Origin: Epiperipatus broadwayi | Taxonomy: Eukaryota > Animalia > Onychophora | DNA: 64,000 bases | Reading direction: 5' to 3' | NCBI GenBank assembly: GCA_028023455.1 | Contig: JAQFVV010000005.1 | Span: 19,096,001 to 19,160,000, forward strand | Shown: positions 25,466-39,220 of the stretch, piece after piece | Numbering within the stretch: position 1 is the stretch's first letter | Layout: every line of letters begins with the position of its first letter | Notes under the pieces: model-generated | Told to the model about the DNA's origin: nothing | Seen by the model: the letters and a program-made list of their open reading frames with translations, nothing else | The model's database searches: none | Translations under genes and position numbers: made by a program

Positions 25466-27131
25466 CTACATAAATACAAAATAAAAAGTTGGTGATTACA
25501 GTAAGGCTGAGAAAATATATGTTCACTTACAAATTGAGCTACTCAAAAAAAATATTTTCTTTTTTTGCATGCAGTGTTCAGCTTAAAAATACAATATAAA
25601 AAAAACTAATTTTAATATAGTAGTCACAGAGGGAAAAAAAGTGCAGATATTAGGAAACCACACTTTTAGCAATATAAACATTATGAAAAAAGATTTAAAT
25701 GTATGCTTTGGAAGCTGAATTTAAATCTGTCTTTATAAATATCACTATTAATGCCAATTTAATCTTGGATCTTAAGATTGTTTCCAAGTACAATTTAATT
25801 ATATCTAAGAGAGGTGGTAACTACAGGTTAAACTTCTGCAGTACATAATAAAATCTATTAGGTGGGGGGGGGGGTAATATTGAAACATTCCAATTTTATA
25901 GCAAAAACAAAGTTTTCAACTTATATTTTTTATTTTATTGTACTTTTAATCCAGATACTCTGTGTTTAATAAATGATGTATAAATTTTTGTCAAATAATT
26001 TCATAAATTCTTTGTGTGATAATTAAATGATACCAAAATATTTGCATATATCTAAAATTTTACATATAAATTAATTAAAATTTTACTTATAGTATTTTTT
26101 TAATAGATGTACCAAAAATAATCCAAATATAAATTTATTATAATTACTGTTTTTCCTACAAAAATTTCATGTTTGTGTCTTTTACTGTCAACTAATAATT
26201 ACTTTACAATCTTTTTTTTTTTTTTGGGGGGGGGGTCCTCTTTTAAAAGGATTTGTGGCATACAGCCTAGTGCATCTACCTACCACAGCACTTGACCTGA
26301 GATTCAAGTTCATATTAGGTAAACTTCAAAAAATTTATCAAATTACAAGCAAGCTTAAAATTTTCTTTATAGTTGCCTGAATGGAAAACTTTCATATCTT
26401 CATTACACAGCATCAAAATGCAAATAAATAAATTTATTTAAGCTTTTTATAAAGAAAACATGCCTTACAATTCATATAGAAATGCCTATTTCATACACAT
26501 AATCTTTATCCAAATTTCACAGACAGATTTAAATAAATCCATCCAATCTCAAAAAAGTTTATTTTTGATTGAAATTCAATTCAATTACTACATAATTACA
26601 TTTGTTTTTTGTTCAGCAGTGGTGCAGTTCTAGGAATGTTTTTACGATCGTCAGTTTATGTTTCTTTCAATTTCAATTTAACTTTCTGAAAAAGAAATAA
26701 TTATAAGATAACCAATCAGGAGGCTATTGAAATAAGAAAGCACTTTGATACTTTAGGATGCCAAAAATTTGTGAATATTACAATGTGACTATGAAAGAAC
26801 AATGTATTATCTTGTTACAAAAATTTGAAATAAGTAAATTTTGCAAACTACAAATTTACCCAAGTAGTAAAAAAAAATTTTAATAGTGATAATATTAATC
26901 AACAGATGGTAGAAATATTTATTAACTAATTAAATCAACTTAAAAATTGAAAGAAAGCCTATACATATTATATATATTAGGCAAGTCAAAATGATTTCAA
27001 CTTGGACATTCAGTTGAACTACATGATTTCTACAATAAAAATAGATTATCAAATCAAAATTACATAAAAGTGTTGTGTTTGACTGGATTATATATAAACA
27101 CAAACGCATGTAAATATGGTTCTAATATTAT

Positions 27132-29374
27132 TGTTGGCAAAGTTTAGTTCCTAATTGTGGGTAAACTATGGCAGAAGAGACTGCAATTGCCCTTATAAAT
27201 TTGTATCAATTCCAACTGTATTTTGATCAGTCTGCCTTGTGAGTAGGTCTGATGACACATCTAGCTGTGCTATGACAGCTTGCCTTGTGCCAATGATTGG
27301 TTCTAGCAGCTTCCAGTCCTGAACATGCATTTGCCTCGCTGCATAAACCATTTAGCTTGATAGCTACTATCTGGAGAACATCTATACTACCATTCAGGTT
27401 TGACATTAGTTCTCTGGAGATTATATACACTGCAGTTCAGGTTTGACAATAGTTCTCTTCAAAAAGACTAACTATTTATTATCAGATCCCCATTCTTACT
27501 GGAAACTTTTGGATTCACTGAGCATAATTGACTATTGATTAATTTTTGCTATTAGCCATGCATTATCTCTTTGTATATGCATTGATTAGCTGTAATAAAT
27601 GCTCATTCCGATCTAGATAAGATGGAATCTGGACTAGTCCATTATTTGAAGGCAAGGTGAAATATGACATTCCCTTCCCCTGGCTTACAGGTGCATTGGT
27701 AGGTATATTCTTTGCTTTGCAATTTCATCTGGGTTGGTATCTTCTCAGCAGGTCCAGTGTTGTGATCTATGGATCTTGGAACTGTAGGTTCTTCACAATG
27801 GCTGATGACTCACTATTGGCTTCCTTTCTGTCATCTGATGAGATTTTACTAATGGCTGGTCTTGGAACTGTAGGTTCATCATAGCTGGTAGATGACTCAT
27901 CACTGTTGGTTTACAACACTTTGTCATCTGATGAGGCTTTGCTGATGACTGGTAACATATCATTTAACCTTAATTGGTTTCTGTGACAATGATGTTGTTG
28001 TCTATCAGTAGTTTTAACTATTACTGTTTGTGATATTTTAACTTTAATCATGACTGCCAGAACCCATTTGGTGGTTCCTTTAAATATGTGGCATAGGATA
28101 TGAATGCCTCTCCACTTTTTCTGCACTTTTAATGTTGTGCATTATTTTAGGGTTCAAACCTGGATTATTAATAACTGCTTTTAGTTAAATCCTGTTTAAA
28201 TTTATTGTTGTGAGCTGGTTCACTTTAATCACTGTAAAACCTAACTGAGTGAACCAGCCATGTCCTAATAAATTACTCTGCTTACCAGCAGATATAACAA
28301 GAGACAGATATCTGGTTTTATCGGTTATTGTAACTTTAACTCTTGCCTGATCCGATAGTGCTACTAGATTGTCTTGTTAATCACTAATTGTCTTGCTGCT
28401 AGGATGCAAATGATATTTATTATTCTTATTAATAATAGCTCATGTTTTTTTTTGAAACAATGGAAACTGCAGACATGTTGTCCAGTTCCATTGTTACAGG
28501 TGTACCATTAATAATTAATCTGAGTTTGAAAGCAGAGTCAATGCCATCTCACATTGTTTATATAGACATTTTGTTTCTTAGATTTTAAATTGCCTTTCTG
28601 GCTCTTTAGAATGGACTCGATCATTCTGTTATTAGCAAATTGTTTTTTCCAAGTAAAACAACAGCTTCTGTGCAATCGACAGGCTTGCAATATGTACACA
28701 CTGTATACCAGTGTGGACATTCACTGTGTGTTTCAGTTAATCATATCTATAGCAATGCTTTTCACTCATTGTTATTGATTTATATGGGCAATGATTTTTA
28801 CTTTCAATTGGGTGACTGACTGGCCGAGTTTCCCGCTCAATGGTTTGAATATTATAATCCATTTTTTTTCAATGAATTTGCTTGACTAGCTGTTGATTCT
28901 GCTTGTCACTTGAGACACAGTGGAATCAAATGTTATATCAAAATCCATTAGGAATTTCACCCTGAGACTAATCTCTTATTCCACAGAATAAAACGATCTT
29001 GCAGAGCTTCATTAAGGAAGTCATTAAATAAAGTGAGTTTTTTTAAGTTAATAGCAAAATCTCTAGCTTTTTCTTCTTCCCCTTGTATATATAAGGATTG
29101 AAATGGTACATATCTCTGCATTATTGTTAAAGGTTTTGGAGTGAAAAAGTTAGTTAGTAGAGACAATGCCTTATCAAAATCAAGGTCAGCCAGAAGTAAA
29201 GAAGTTGTTTGGGCTTTAAGGACTTAGGAGTATAATATACCGTAATAGACATGAGAGCTACTAATTTTAACTTGGGCTTTTTGATTTGATTTAGAAGATT
29301 ACTCAATCTTTATAGCTTAGCCAAGTTTCCAGGTGGGCCGGATTGAATTCTTCTATTGAGCCAATTTTAGCCAT
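27132..29374 (-). mobile_element. Internally deleted, decayed Ty3/Gypsy element (gag, protease stub, integrase C-terminus, PPT, 3' LTR 27132-27669)
   Basis: gag start MAKIGSIEEF at 29374; DFLNEALQDRF; zinc-knuckle remnants; MELDNMSAVSIVS; KWVLAVMIKVK...HRNQLR; PPT AGGGGAAGGGAA (27670-27681) followed by TG. Confidence 0.8.
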
Positions 29375-30724
29375 TTCATTTTTTCCTCTTTATACTGCGA
29401 GAAAAAAGTTTCTACTTTTATTTGTGAGAGTAACCACTCAAGTTGATTTTCAACCTGCATAACTATCAATCTTTGATAAATATAAAATCTAACAACCCAC
29501 TGCAGGGACCACTCTCGTTTGATTTTTAAAAAAATTTACCGTTTGTGGACAATTTTTTTTATAATTAATGACAAAATCTAATGACCCACGAGGGCAAGAT
29601 TTTACATTTTAAACTTTTTTTTCCAACTATGGGTAAAAAAAATTTTTTTTATTTTGTCAACTGCACCAAATCTGTTGTGTTTAGTCTGGATTATATATAT
29701 AAACACAACCTCGTGTAAATACTTTTCTAATGTTATATTTATTACAGAATATAAACAAATAAATACACCTGAGTCTTGTTTTATGCGGTAGATAGGTTCC
29801 TCAGAAAATGCGCACAAAAGAAATCGCACAAAAATAAACGTAACTTACCTTGAAAAATGGGGGATAGGTTCCCGTAATTTTCAGAAATTGGCATAAAAGC
29901 AAAGCAACAAGGAAAAATTACTTTAAAATTTGCATTAAAAAAATAAGGAAATAAAGTATGACTAATAAAAATTTTCAAATATATGAAAAAAATTAATATA
30001 AGACAATCTTTTTTTACTTTTTTTATTAACTACAGTATTTAATTTTACATTTTTTCATACATATTTTAATCATTACCGCTATTTTACAATATGTGTTCAT
30101 TTGTGAACTAGTAAGAAATCAGATTCATGACATGTTGTACAACTAGCGCCACTTCCAGTCTTGTGCTGTGTTAATGGTTTTCTGTTTCTGTATTAAAAAA
30201 TGAGATCGCAATCAAAACAAAAAGATTATACATTATCATTAGAAAGATTATTTTCAGTTTATAAAATCAATAAAATCTTCGTTATTATTTATTTTAAAAA
30301 TCTAAAAAAATATTTATTTCTGTTAATATCTAACAAAATACATTTTAAAAGTTTAAAATTTTTGAATATTTATTGCGATATTTTTATACGTATGTATAAA
30401 TCTATTATTATTATTTACTCATTAGTATAAGTAGGTTATTTACATAGAAGCTAAGATTCTAAATACAGCTTCAGGCCATATTCACGTAAGCTGCTAATAT
30501 AACGTTATATTTTTGAAAAAAAAAAAGTATTTCAAGTCAAAATAAGTTATTAATAATTTAAATTTCTTGATATCTAATAAATATAGTGAAATATGAAGGA
30601 TATTAAGAAGAAACATGAATCGCATAACTTCAAAATCGCATTAAAATAATCCGCATAAAACGAGACCCAGGTGTATACATTCGTATTTACAATGTATTTG
30701 CAATAATGACACTCGGTCTGCTAT

Positions 30725-31271
30725 TGTTGGCGAGACATAACTCCTAATTCTGGGTGAGCTATGGAATAATGGACTGCAATTGATCTTATAGATTTCTCTA
30801 CCACTTCTGGCTGTATTTTGGCCAGCCTGCCTCATGAATAGATCCAATGACACATCCGGCTGTACTATGACAGCTTGCCTCATGTTGCCAATGAATGGTT
30901 CTAGCAGTTTCAAGTCCTGAAGGTGGATTTGCCTTGCTGCATTAACCATTTAGCTTGATAGGTATTATCCGGAGTATATATACTGCCGTCAAGTTTGACA
31001 ATAGTTCTCTGGGGAACGTATATATTGCAGTTCAGATGTGACAGTTCTCTGACCTTACCTTCAAAAAGACTGACTATTTACTGCCAGATCCCTATCCTTA
31101 AGGAAAACATTCAGATTCAGAGAGCATCATTTACTATTGGTCATTTTTTGCCATTAGCTATGCATTATCTCTTCGTATACACATTGATTAGCAACAATGA
31201 ATGGTCTATCTGATCTAGATAAGATGGAATCTGAACTAGTCAATTATTTAAAGGCAAAGTGAGATAAGACA
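30725..31271 (-). mobile_element. LTR of the same Gypsy family as 27132-27669
   Basis: TGTC...CAACA, 547 bp, colinear with 27132-27669 but clearly diverged; no matching TSD found. Confidence 0.75.
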
Positions 31272-31639
31272 GACAGAATACTTATCCATTGGTAGGTTTT
31301 GTGTTGAACACTTTTATTTCATTAATCATTCAAAACTCTGGGCTTCACACCCATTTTTTTTAATATATGTTTTTGTAAAATTCTGATATGAGTTACTTTG
31401 CAAAGACATTACACCTTAAGTCTGAATCAATGCAAGAAAGTGTGTGCAAATCTAAATTGCTACAGAAATATGCACCACGTCTGTTTAAAAACAGTTTTTA
31501 CAGATTATACAATTTACACTAAAATGTCAAAGTTGCAGAAATCATTTCAACTAACCTAATATTTAAATTCTATTATTTCATCATTGTTTTTTTTAAATTT
31601 GCATAATATCCAATAGACATATTAAAAATTTATACATAC

Positions 31640-31671
31640 CTTGTCCCTGTGGTAAACCAGGACCAGGAGGT
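31640..31671 (-). CDS. SYNRG: Synergin-gamma-like micro-exon (RPPGPGLPQGQ)
   Basis: 32 bp; pyrimidine tract + aaatag| acceptor, |gtatgt donor; phase 2 in, phase 1 out, matching neighbours. Confidence 0.65.
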
Positions 31672-32958
31672 CTATTTTGAGGGGGAGAGAGAAAAAAGTA
31701 TTAACATTGTTTTTTTAAGTGAGAAAAAATATACAACATATGTATTCAAAAATATAAATAGTCAAAAAGAATTTTTGTTTTGTCTTTGAACAAAAAAAAA
31801 AAAAACTATTCAAATTTGAAAAAAAGAGCAACATGTCCCTCAAAATGCTTTTGGAACTTGTTACACAAATAACCATTTTAAATTAGCATCCAAATAAATT
31901 TTTATACAAATAAAATCACATCTCATTAATACTTTATAACAGCAATGATACAATAACATCAATTCATTGCAGTTTAAGTGTTGCTAATATATCAATGACC
32001 AGAATCATATTGGTGAAAAAGGGAGTTTAGATCTGATCATCTTGTCTGTATGACACCTGACAAAAAATGATAGTCATTTTATATTTTTCAAGCTAATGAT
32101 TTAAATATCATAAATACCTACAATTTTCAACTTACCCTAACTTGTGTATATACAATATATGCAGAGACCTGATACTAGTCAGCAATCACCGATATAATCT
32201 TATTAATAAGTTAACAAGAAGCACCTTTAACCTTTTGAGAAATGTAATATATATCAAATCAAGCAACATATGACCTCTAACTTACATTTAATTTCTATTA
32301 AATAGTTGGCATCTAATCAAGATTGAAATTAATTTTAAAATGTGATTTATTTTAGAAAAGATTTTTGGTTCATACCTATCATGATATATCATCATTACCA
32401 GCTAGCAATAACAAGATGTAAAGATAACAGCTGTTTCCATATAGAAGATTATCAGATAGTCCAGTAACAGCAGTTTTTAAAAAAAAATTACATGTGATAT
32501 TTTTTACATAAAAATAAACTACAGACAAGTACTATATAATCCATTTTTTAAAACACATTTCAAATTCTTACTGTTCCTGTGGCAGTCCATACTCTTGACA
32601 GTGCAAATGCAAAACTGTAACAAATTAAATGCAATAGTAATACTGTTTCATACATGGAAAAAATACTTAACTAATAACTTTAATGCATTTTTGGTATTGT
32701 GAGGGCAGCTTACAAACTTGTCCAAACTAACCCATGACTACCCATATTACCAATTGTGCCCATTCCAGACTTATGCTTAGCTTAAATAATAAGTTTTATT
32801 TTGATATAAATATATTATCGCGAGAAACTTTTTTTTTTTTTGTCGTTTCACATATATATAAATAATGAGGGAAATCCCAATTAATGAAAACATACAAAAT
32901 TAAACACTTCAAAAAAAAAATAGTACAAAATATATATATCAACTAATAATGAATTTGT

Positions 32959-35224
32959 TTTTCTGAAGGTTTGTGATAATGATGTTCTAGCTGTATTTTT
33001 ATATTGGAGTATTTCCATCATCTAATATGTGTGTTGAATGTCTTTAGAAAAGTTTAATTTTAGTTAAAAATTGCCTTTAGAAGAAGCAGCAGAATTACGC
33101 TGAAGAATAAAAAGAACACTTGACAAGCAACAAAAATTGCAGTCAAACATATCCTATGGGGAGAGGAAAGCAATTAAATCTCTCAAAGTACATAAATCTA
33201 TAATTATTCTCCCTGCTGACAAAGGCAATGCAACAGTTGTAATGGATACAACTGATTACGACAACAAAATACAAGAACTCCTCACAGCAGGCCAATATAG
33301 AAAAGTGGCAAAAGATCCGATACCAAGTCCGGAAACAAAATTACAAGCATTACTCAGAAAGCATCGCAAGTATTTCACAGATTCAGAAAAGAGTAAAATA
33401 ACATCATATTTCAGCAAAATTCCTCATCTTTATGGTCTACCTAAAATCCATAAGGATCATGTTCCATTAAGACCTATTGTTAGTTCTAGAGATTCACCTT
33501 GCCAAAATTTGGCAAGATTTCTTCTCAAAGTTCTGTCTCCTTTGGCATGCAAGACCCAATCCTTTGTCAGGGATTCTAGACACTTTGTAGAATTAATCAA
33601 GAACATGAACATTGAAAGAACTGACTTACTGGTAAGCTTTGATGTGGAAAGTTTATTCACAAATGTACCATGTGAAGAAGCATTGTCTATTGTAAGGAAA
33701 AGATTAAATGGTGATAATAGTTTACAAACCAGAACAGCTCTTCCTATTGATAGTATAATGGAACTATTAACATTCTGCATAAAAACAACCTACTTTCAAT
33801 ATAATATAGAATTCTTCCAACAAAATCAAGGAATGGCTATGGGCTCACCATTGTCTCCTCTGATTAGAAATATTTACATGGAAGAACTTGAAACCACAGC
33901 CATAAAAACTACTCCATATCCACCTAAAGTTTGGCTTCGCTATGTGGATGATACATTTGTTGTATGGCCACATGGTGAAGCACTGCTACAAACTTTCTGG
34001 AAACACATCAACAACATATCCCCTTCAATTAAATTCACAATAGAATCAGAACAAGAACAAAAATTGGCATTCTTAGATGTTCTTGTGACAAGACTCCCTC
34101 ATGGCAAAATCAAAACTACAGTTTACCGAAAACCTACACATACAGGAAAATACCTAGCCTATACATCCAATTACACCAGAAACACAAAACATGGAGTTAT
34201 ACTATCACTATGGAACAAAGCAAAAGAAGTTTGTTCAGAAACCAACGATTTGGAAAAAGAAAACATCTATATAGAACAAACTCTTATGAAAAATGGTTAT
34301 CCATCAGCTGCTATTAAGAAAATGTTAAATAGACAACAAAAAGAACCATTAAGAGAAAAGACAATTATTGGTACTGTAGTATACCCATACATTCCAAAAA
34401 TAGCAGACAAATTAAGGAAAATCTGCAATCAGTATAACATCAGAACAACTTTCCAGAGCCATACCACACTATGAGGAATTCTAACATCTACAAAGCCTAA
34501 ACTTGAAATGCTGAAAAGAAAAAACTGCATCTATGAAATACCATGTGAATGTGGAAGAACATATATTGGTGAGACCAGTCGTCCCATTGAAAAGTGTCTT
34601 GCAAGAACATAAACTGATGATTAGAAGAGAGAAAACAGATGTGTCTAAGGTAGCAGACCATGTATGTACCAATGAACATACGTTCAATTGGGAAAATACA
34701 AAAATATTGGATAAAGAAGAAAAGGTACAAAGAAGAAAATTTAAAGAAGCTGCTCACATGACAATGGCAAAAAATCCCATAAGCCAACCTAGTGTGACTA
34801 CACATAATGTATGGAAACCACTAATCAACTTTGCTCTGAGGAAAAAGTGGAGAAATCAGGAGGAACCTCATAGATAAGTATATGAAATTACTACATACTG
34901 TTGCCTTTGGCAATTTCAATAATCAAAAATCTAAGGACCCAGGTTCGAATCCCATGCTAGTACTGTCACTGGTCAGGCCAGCAACATCTGAAGAAGAGGG
35001 GAGAAAAATACCTCTCGAAACGTTGCGCATATACTAACCTGTTTACTGTGATATTATTAACATTTATTTGCTGTGATATTACTAACAGTTGGTGCATATA
35101 CTAACCTGTTTGCTGTGATATTACTAACAGTTGAATGCATTTGGAATATTAACTAAAATTAAACTTTTCTAAAGACATTCAACACCATATTAGATGATGG
35201 AAATAGTCCAATATAAAAATACAG
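32959..35224 (+). mobile_element. 5'-truncated Penelope/Poseidon-type PLE with RT, GIY-YIG, hammerhead pseudo-LTR and 5' inverted tail
   Basis: ORF 33137-34474 (LYGLPKIHK, SFDVESLFT, GMAMGSPLSP, RYVDD); CIYEIPCECGRTYIGET near 34525-34575; 16-bp TSD CTAATAATGAATTTGT at 32943-32958 and 35225-35240; 32989-33067 inverted vs 35149-35226. Confidence 0.93.
34981..35030 (+). ncRNA. Minimal type I hammerhead ribozyme motif in PLE pseudo-LTR
   Basis: CTGAAGA 34988-94, A, GAGGGG/CCTCTC stem II, GAAA 35017-20, palindromic ACGT stem III; stem I poorly paired. Confidence 0.65.
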
Positions 35225-37075
35225 CTAATAATGAATTTGTCTTTATTGTCTTGTACATCTCTAGTTTGAACAGTACAATAATGTGGACTGACATTTATTA
35301 ACCATAGTAATGAACTAAGGTCAAAGCAGTCACTATGTAAACAAGTATGAGAATGAAATGATATTTTTATTACGTGACTTTTTAAATCGATTATCGTTGA
35401 TATAACATGCACAACAATGAGCAGTTATGGCAATAAAAAAGGAAATAAACATTTTAATACACTAGGCAACAGAAACTATGCTGGATATAAAAACGAAATT
35501 AATTTTAATTCATCGTCTTTGCAAATTACATACGTGCTACAGAAAGTCAACCTCTTTAACAAAATATTTAGAATGCTATAGAAAATGGATGTGCCATTTC
35601 AGAGAACGGATGTTTTCAAATATATAATTTTAATATAAGACCACAACAAGTCAAAGAAATATTTGAAGTAAAGGAGAATAGAGAATTTCATGTGACTGAA
35701 TAAAATCAGGGAATTGTTTTGAAATGATATTAAACAAAATAATTATAACAATTCTATTTGAACACAAACTGAAAAATAAGAAAGATCACTAGTATTCGAA
35801 GTAGAACTACCAAATAATCTTTTATTGTGTTAAAATCTATAAAATGCAAACTGTAGCTGATTTAAAAACATTATATACAATTAATCACCAAGCAATGTTT
35901 TCTGGCTAAACTGATGATGTCATAAGTGGATCGTTATTTTCCCTGCCATGGAAGGGTAAAAATTTCCTTTATCTACTCTTGAAATGCCAAAAAAACATCT
36001 TTTGTCCAACATGAAGTGCTTATCTATGAATCCGAGGAAAGACTGAGTGAGGGCCAAAGCAGAATTCTTCCAAGTGTACAATGGACAAATGACAATTAAC
36101 GACCTGCACTTTGGTTAAGGAGAACCATTTGTAATGCGTGAACTATACATATATGAAGGACTTTTGCCAGCTCATCAACTTTAATTAAATAGATTTAAAG
36201 GAATTCTGAATTTTTAATTATGTGTTCTAATTTTATGATTACTTTTGTAAATATTTTATTTATTTATTTTTTACATTTCATTTTTTTTATACTTGAAAAT
36301 GTAAAACTTTTGTGATTTAGTTTTTTGGGAGAGTTCATTTTTAAACAGAAGTCGAACGTAGAGGGAGGAATGGTTAATTTTAGTTGAAATTTTTTTTTGT
36401 AAATAAAGTTTAGAATAGCCTTTCTCCACTCATAACGACATGACATTTGATCATTAACCACATGGTACTAAGATAAGATTTTATTATACTACATTGAATA
36501 CACCCACTTTAATAGGACAGAATTTATGTTGCTTGTTACATGCTAATTAACAGTTGTTATATTTGTTCTGTGTGAATGACTAATCTCCTTGGGTGAATGA
36601 TCTTTACTATCACCTTAGGAATTGTACATAGATTTTGGCAGGGCAGGGGTTCCAAGGAAATCAAGCACAGGTCACTGGATTTGGACTATGATGCAAAAGT
36701 AGACATACCAATGGAAAAATTTAACTTAGCTACTTAAATTTGCATTTATGCTAAATCAATCTTATTTTTGTCTTTATTTTTGTTTAAACTTGGTAAATAA
36801 TTGATATAATTAGCATGAATTTCTATCAAGGTGATTATGAGTATGGCAACATAAACTTGTTAAATTACTGATATGATAGAAGTCCATTGTTAACATTCAT
36901 AATTATATATTTTTTTATACATCTGTTAAAACATTTTTGATCTTATTTTGTTTTTGTTCTCTGATAAATGTTAATGAATTTATTAATCTCAATTCAGTCT
37001 CTCTAGTTTATTAAATCAGCCTCAAACATACACACACATCATACTTATATAATAGAATTGATACATCATACTAAT

Positions 37076-39220
37076 TGTAACTTATATAGAGGTGCAGTAG
37101 TTGTCAACTGGCATTAGTGCATAAGAGAGTCAAAAACAAATTTCTCCGAGTCTGAATACTGCAGCATAACTGAAACAGAAAGCGGTAAGAGGTGAATGAA
37201 CCAATCTAAATTGTATCTAAATTCGGTAAATAGGTTTAGAGCTAGTTAATTAAAGGTGGATACAATCATTGGTCATGTACTTCATTGCACCAGCTCCAGC
37301 ATTCTACCTGAAGACCCAAAATCCGACCACAGACAGATGTGACTCCCTCTTTTTTCCCAGACCGTTACATCTGGCATCTAATGTGTTGGGCATGAAGTCA
37401 GATGGTTGTCATATCTTACCTGATAAAATCAATATAATGATCAGTTGCAATTTCAAAACATGTTATTGGGAATCTGATCACATATATAAACAGTACATTC
37501 TATTACATCTGGCGCCCATACTTTAAGTGCACAAAACTAGAAGTTTCAAAGGAGGTCCAGCCATTGGACTGGCGATTAAAAAATAATTTTTTATCAAACT
37601 TCTATAACCTAAAACCTCTGTTATACTTATGCACCTGACGAACAATTAGTACACCCAATTATAAAGAGTGAACATCATGAGTTTAAACTGAGACCAAAGT
37701 TAATAAATGAATAACTAATAAATAAAACTAAAATAGGTGAATTAGGCAAAATAAAATTTAAGCTAAAGAATAGGCATAATAAAAAAAGAGAAAATTAAAT
37801 ATATGCGTAATATGGCTGGGGAAGGTGTGAAATCCATCCATCTAATTGTACCTTTAAAAGAAGGAGTTAACTTTATATTCAACTATTAAAAAAAATTTTT
37901 AATAATAACTAGAAGTGGAAAAAAATTAATTATGGAAGTGAAATGTTCTGAAGAAACATTAAGTACTTACTAGTGATAGTGAAATGAGAGATATTACTGT
38001 TAGTACTGAGGAAGAGTATTTGTAAAGATAATACCTGGGTAATCTGTAGTTGAGATTGGTGACCTACCACAGATACATGTCACTGACCTAGTGACATCTG
38101 AAACCCAAAGACAATCACCCAGAATTGAGGTAGCTCAAATTATTGGAAATCAAATCAAAAAATGAAACAAATACTCCAAGCAATTATGAGTATGTAAACA
38201 AGTTGAAAGCAGACATGAATAGTTTGAAAGCAGGCATAAGCAGTATGAAAACAAAGATGAATTGTAAGATTGGTAGTATGAAGACTACTATGGTAACCAA
38301 GACTGATGTAAAGTATAAGTTCCTTGAGAGATAAAAAAAATGAAAATAGAAATTAAAGATGTTGAAGCTAAATTATCTGAGGTCATGGGACAACTATCCA
38401 TAGTTAAAAAATGTTCAAAAGGATAATGCTGAAGTGAAACAAGCAATGTGGGAAATAAGAACAGAGATGGATAAGAGAGATGTATGATGTCAATTACATT
38501 TCGAAGAGTTTAGTTGCAGTAAGGCCAATCAACTTGACATCAAGTATGAAGAGATGTGCCAAAACCACAGGCCTTTATGAGTGAGATCGATATAACAAAA
38601 ATACCAGGGAAAAGTTCAAGAGGAGCTCCACGAAATTTGCATGAAAGTAGATCTACTTTGACAGAGTACTGACATAGAAATGCGTGAAGAAGATAAGGAA
38701 ACCATGAACCAGATCTAAAGCAGTTGAGAAACAAAGCGGCTTCAAATGAAGCAGAAATCATTGTAACTAAAATGGCTTTAGAAAAGGTCATCAATAGCAC
38801 AAATGGAACACGGGATCAGATTGGTCATTTAGACAAGGCCATCACCTAAAGATTCATATGCATTGAATCTCAACTGTGCCAAAACACATGAGTCATGGAG
38901 ACACAACCAACCAAGATCGGTCAAAGGACCCCAGATGATAAGGGCAGAAGGAATGAGACAGGAAATAGCCTGGAGACTGCTGCTCAGGATCTTGACAGGA
39001 CAACTGACCCCTGTTGGGAATTTACCCTTTCACACCAAACAATGCCTGGAATCTAAAATTATGGAAACAGCCTGGAGACTGCTGCTCAGGATCTTGACAG
39101 GACAACTGACCCCTGTTTGGAATCTACCCTTTCACGCCAAACAATGCTTTTGTGCTTTAAAAAGAGAGTTAATAGATTTTTTGGTTGAAAATTATGACCT
39201 AAATATAAAAGTTAAATAAT
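37076..39220 (+). mobile_element. Decayed LTR retrotransposon 5' part (LTR, PBS, gag-like remnants)
   Basis: TGTAA...TTACA LTR 37076-37507; TGGCGCCCA PBS-like at 37510-37518; broken coiled-coil-like ORFs 38143-38334 and 38863-39219. Confidence 0.55.
38961..39148 (+). repeat. 102-bp-period tandem duplication within LTR-element remnant
   Basis: ggaaa(t/c)agcctggagactgctgctcagg... starts at 38961 and 39063. Confidence 0.9.

Noticed and set aside
27800-27945. Several CTGATGA heptamers
   Set aside because: Within a low-complexity repeat of the Gypsy integrase tail; no stem II-GAAA follows
27132-31271. Treating the two LTRs as the 5'/3' pair of one insertion
   Set aside because: No matching TSD, high divergence and 1.3 kb of unrelated DNA before gag; may be independent insertions, so no dating attempted
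34472-34474. In-frame TGA between PLE RT and GIY-YIG as a possible selenocysteine codon (as in some Naiad PLEs)
   Set aside because: Context TL*GIL fits Arg CGA>TGA CpG decay rather than a Cys position; the endonuclease is C-terminal (not Naiad) and has a further frameshift; no SECIS recognised
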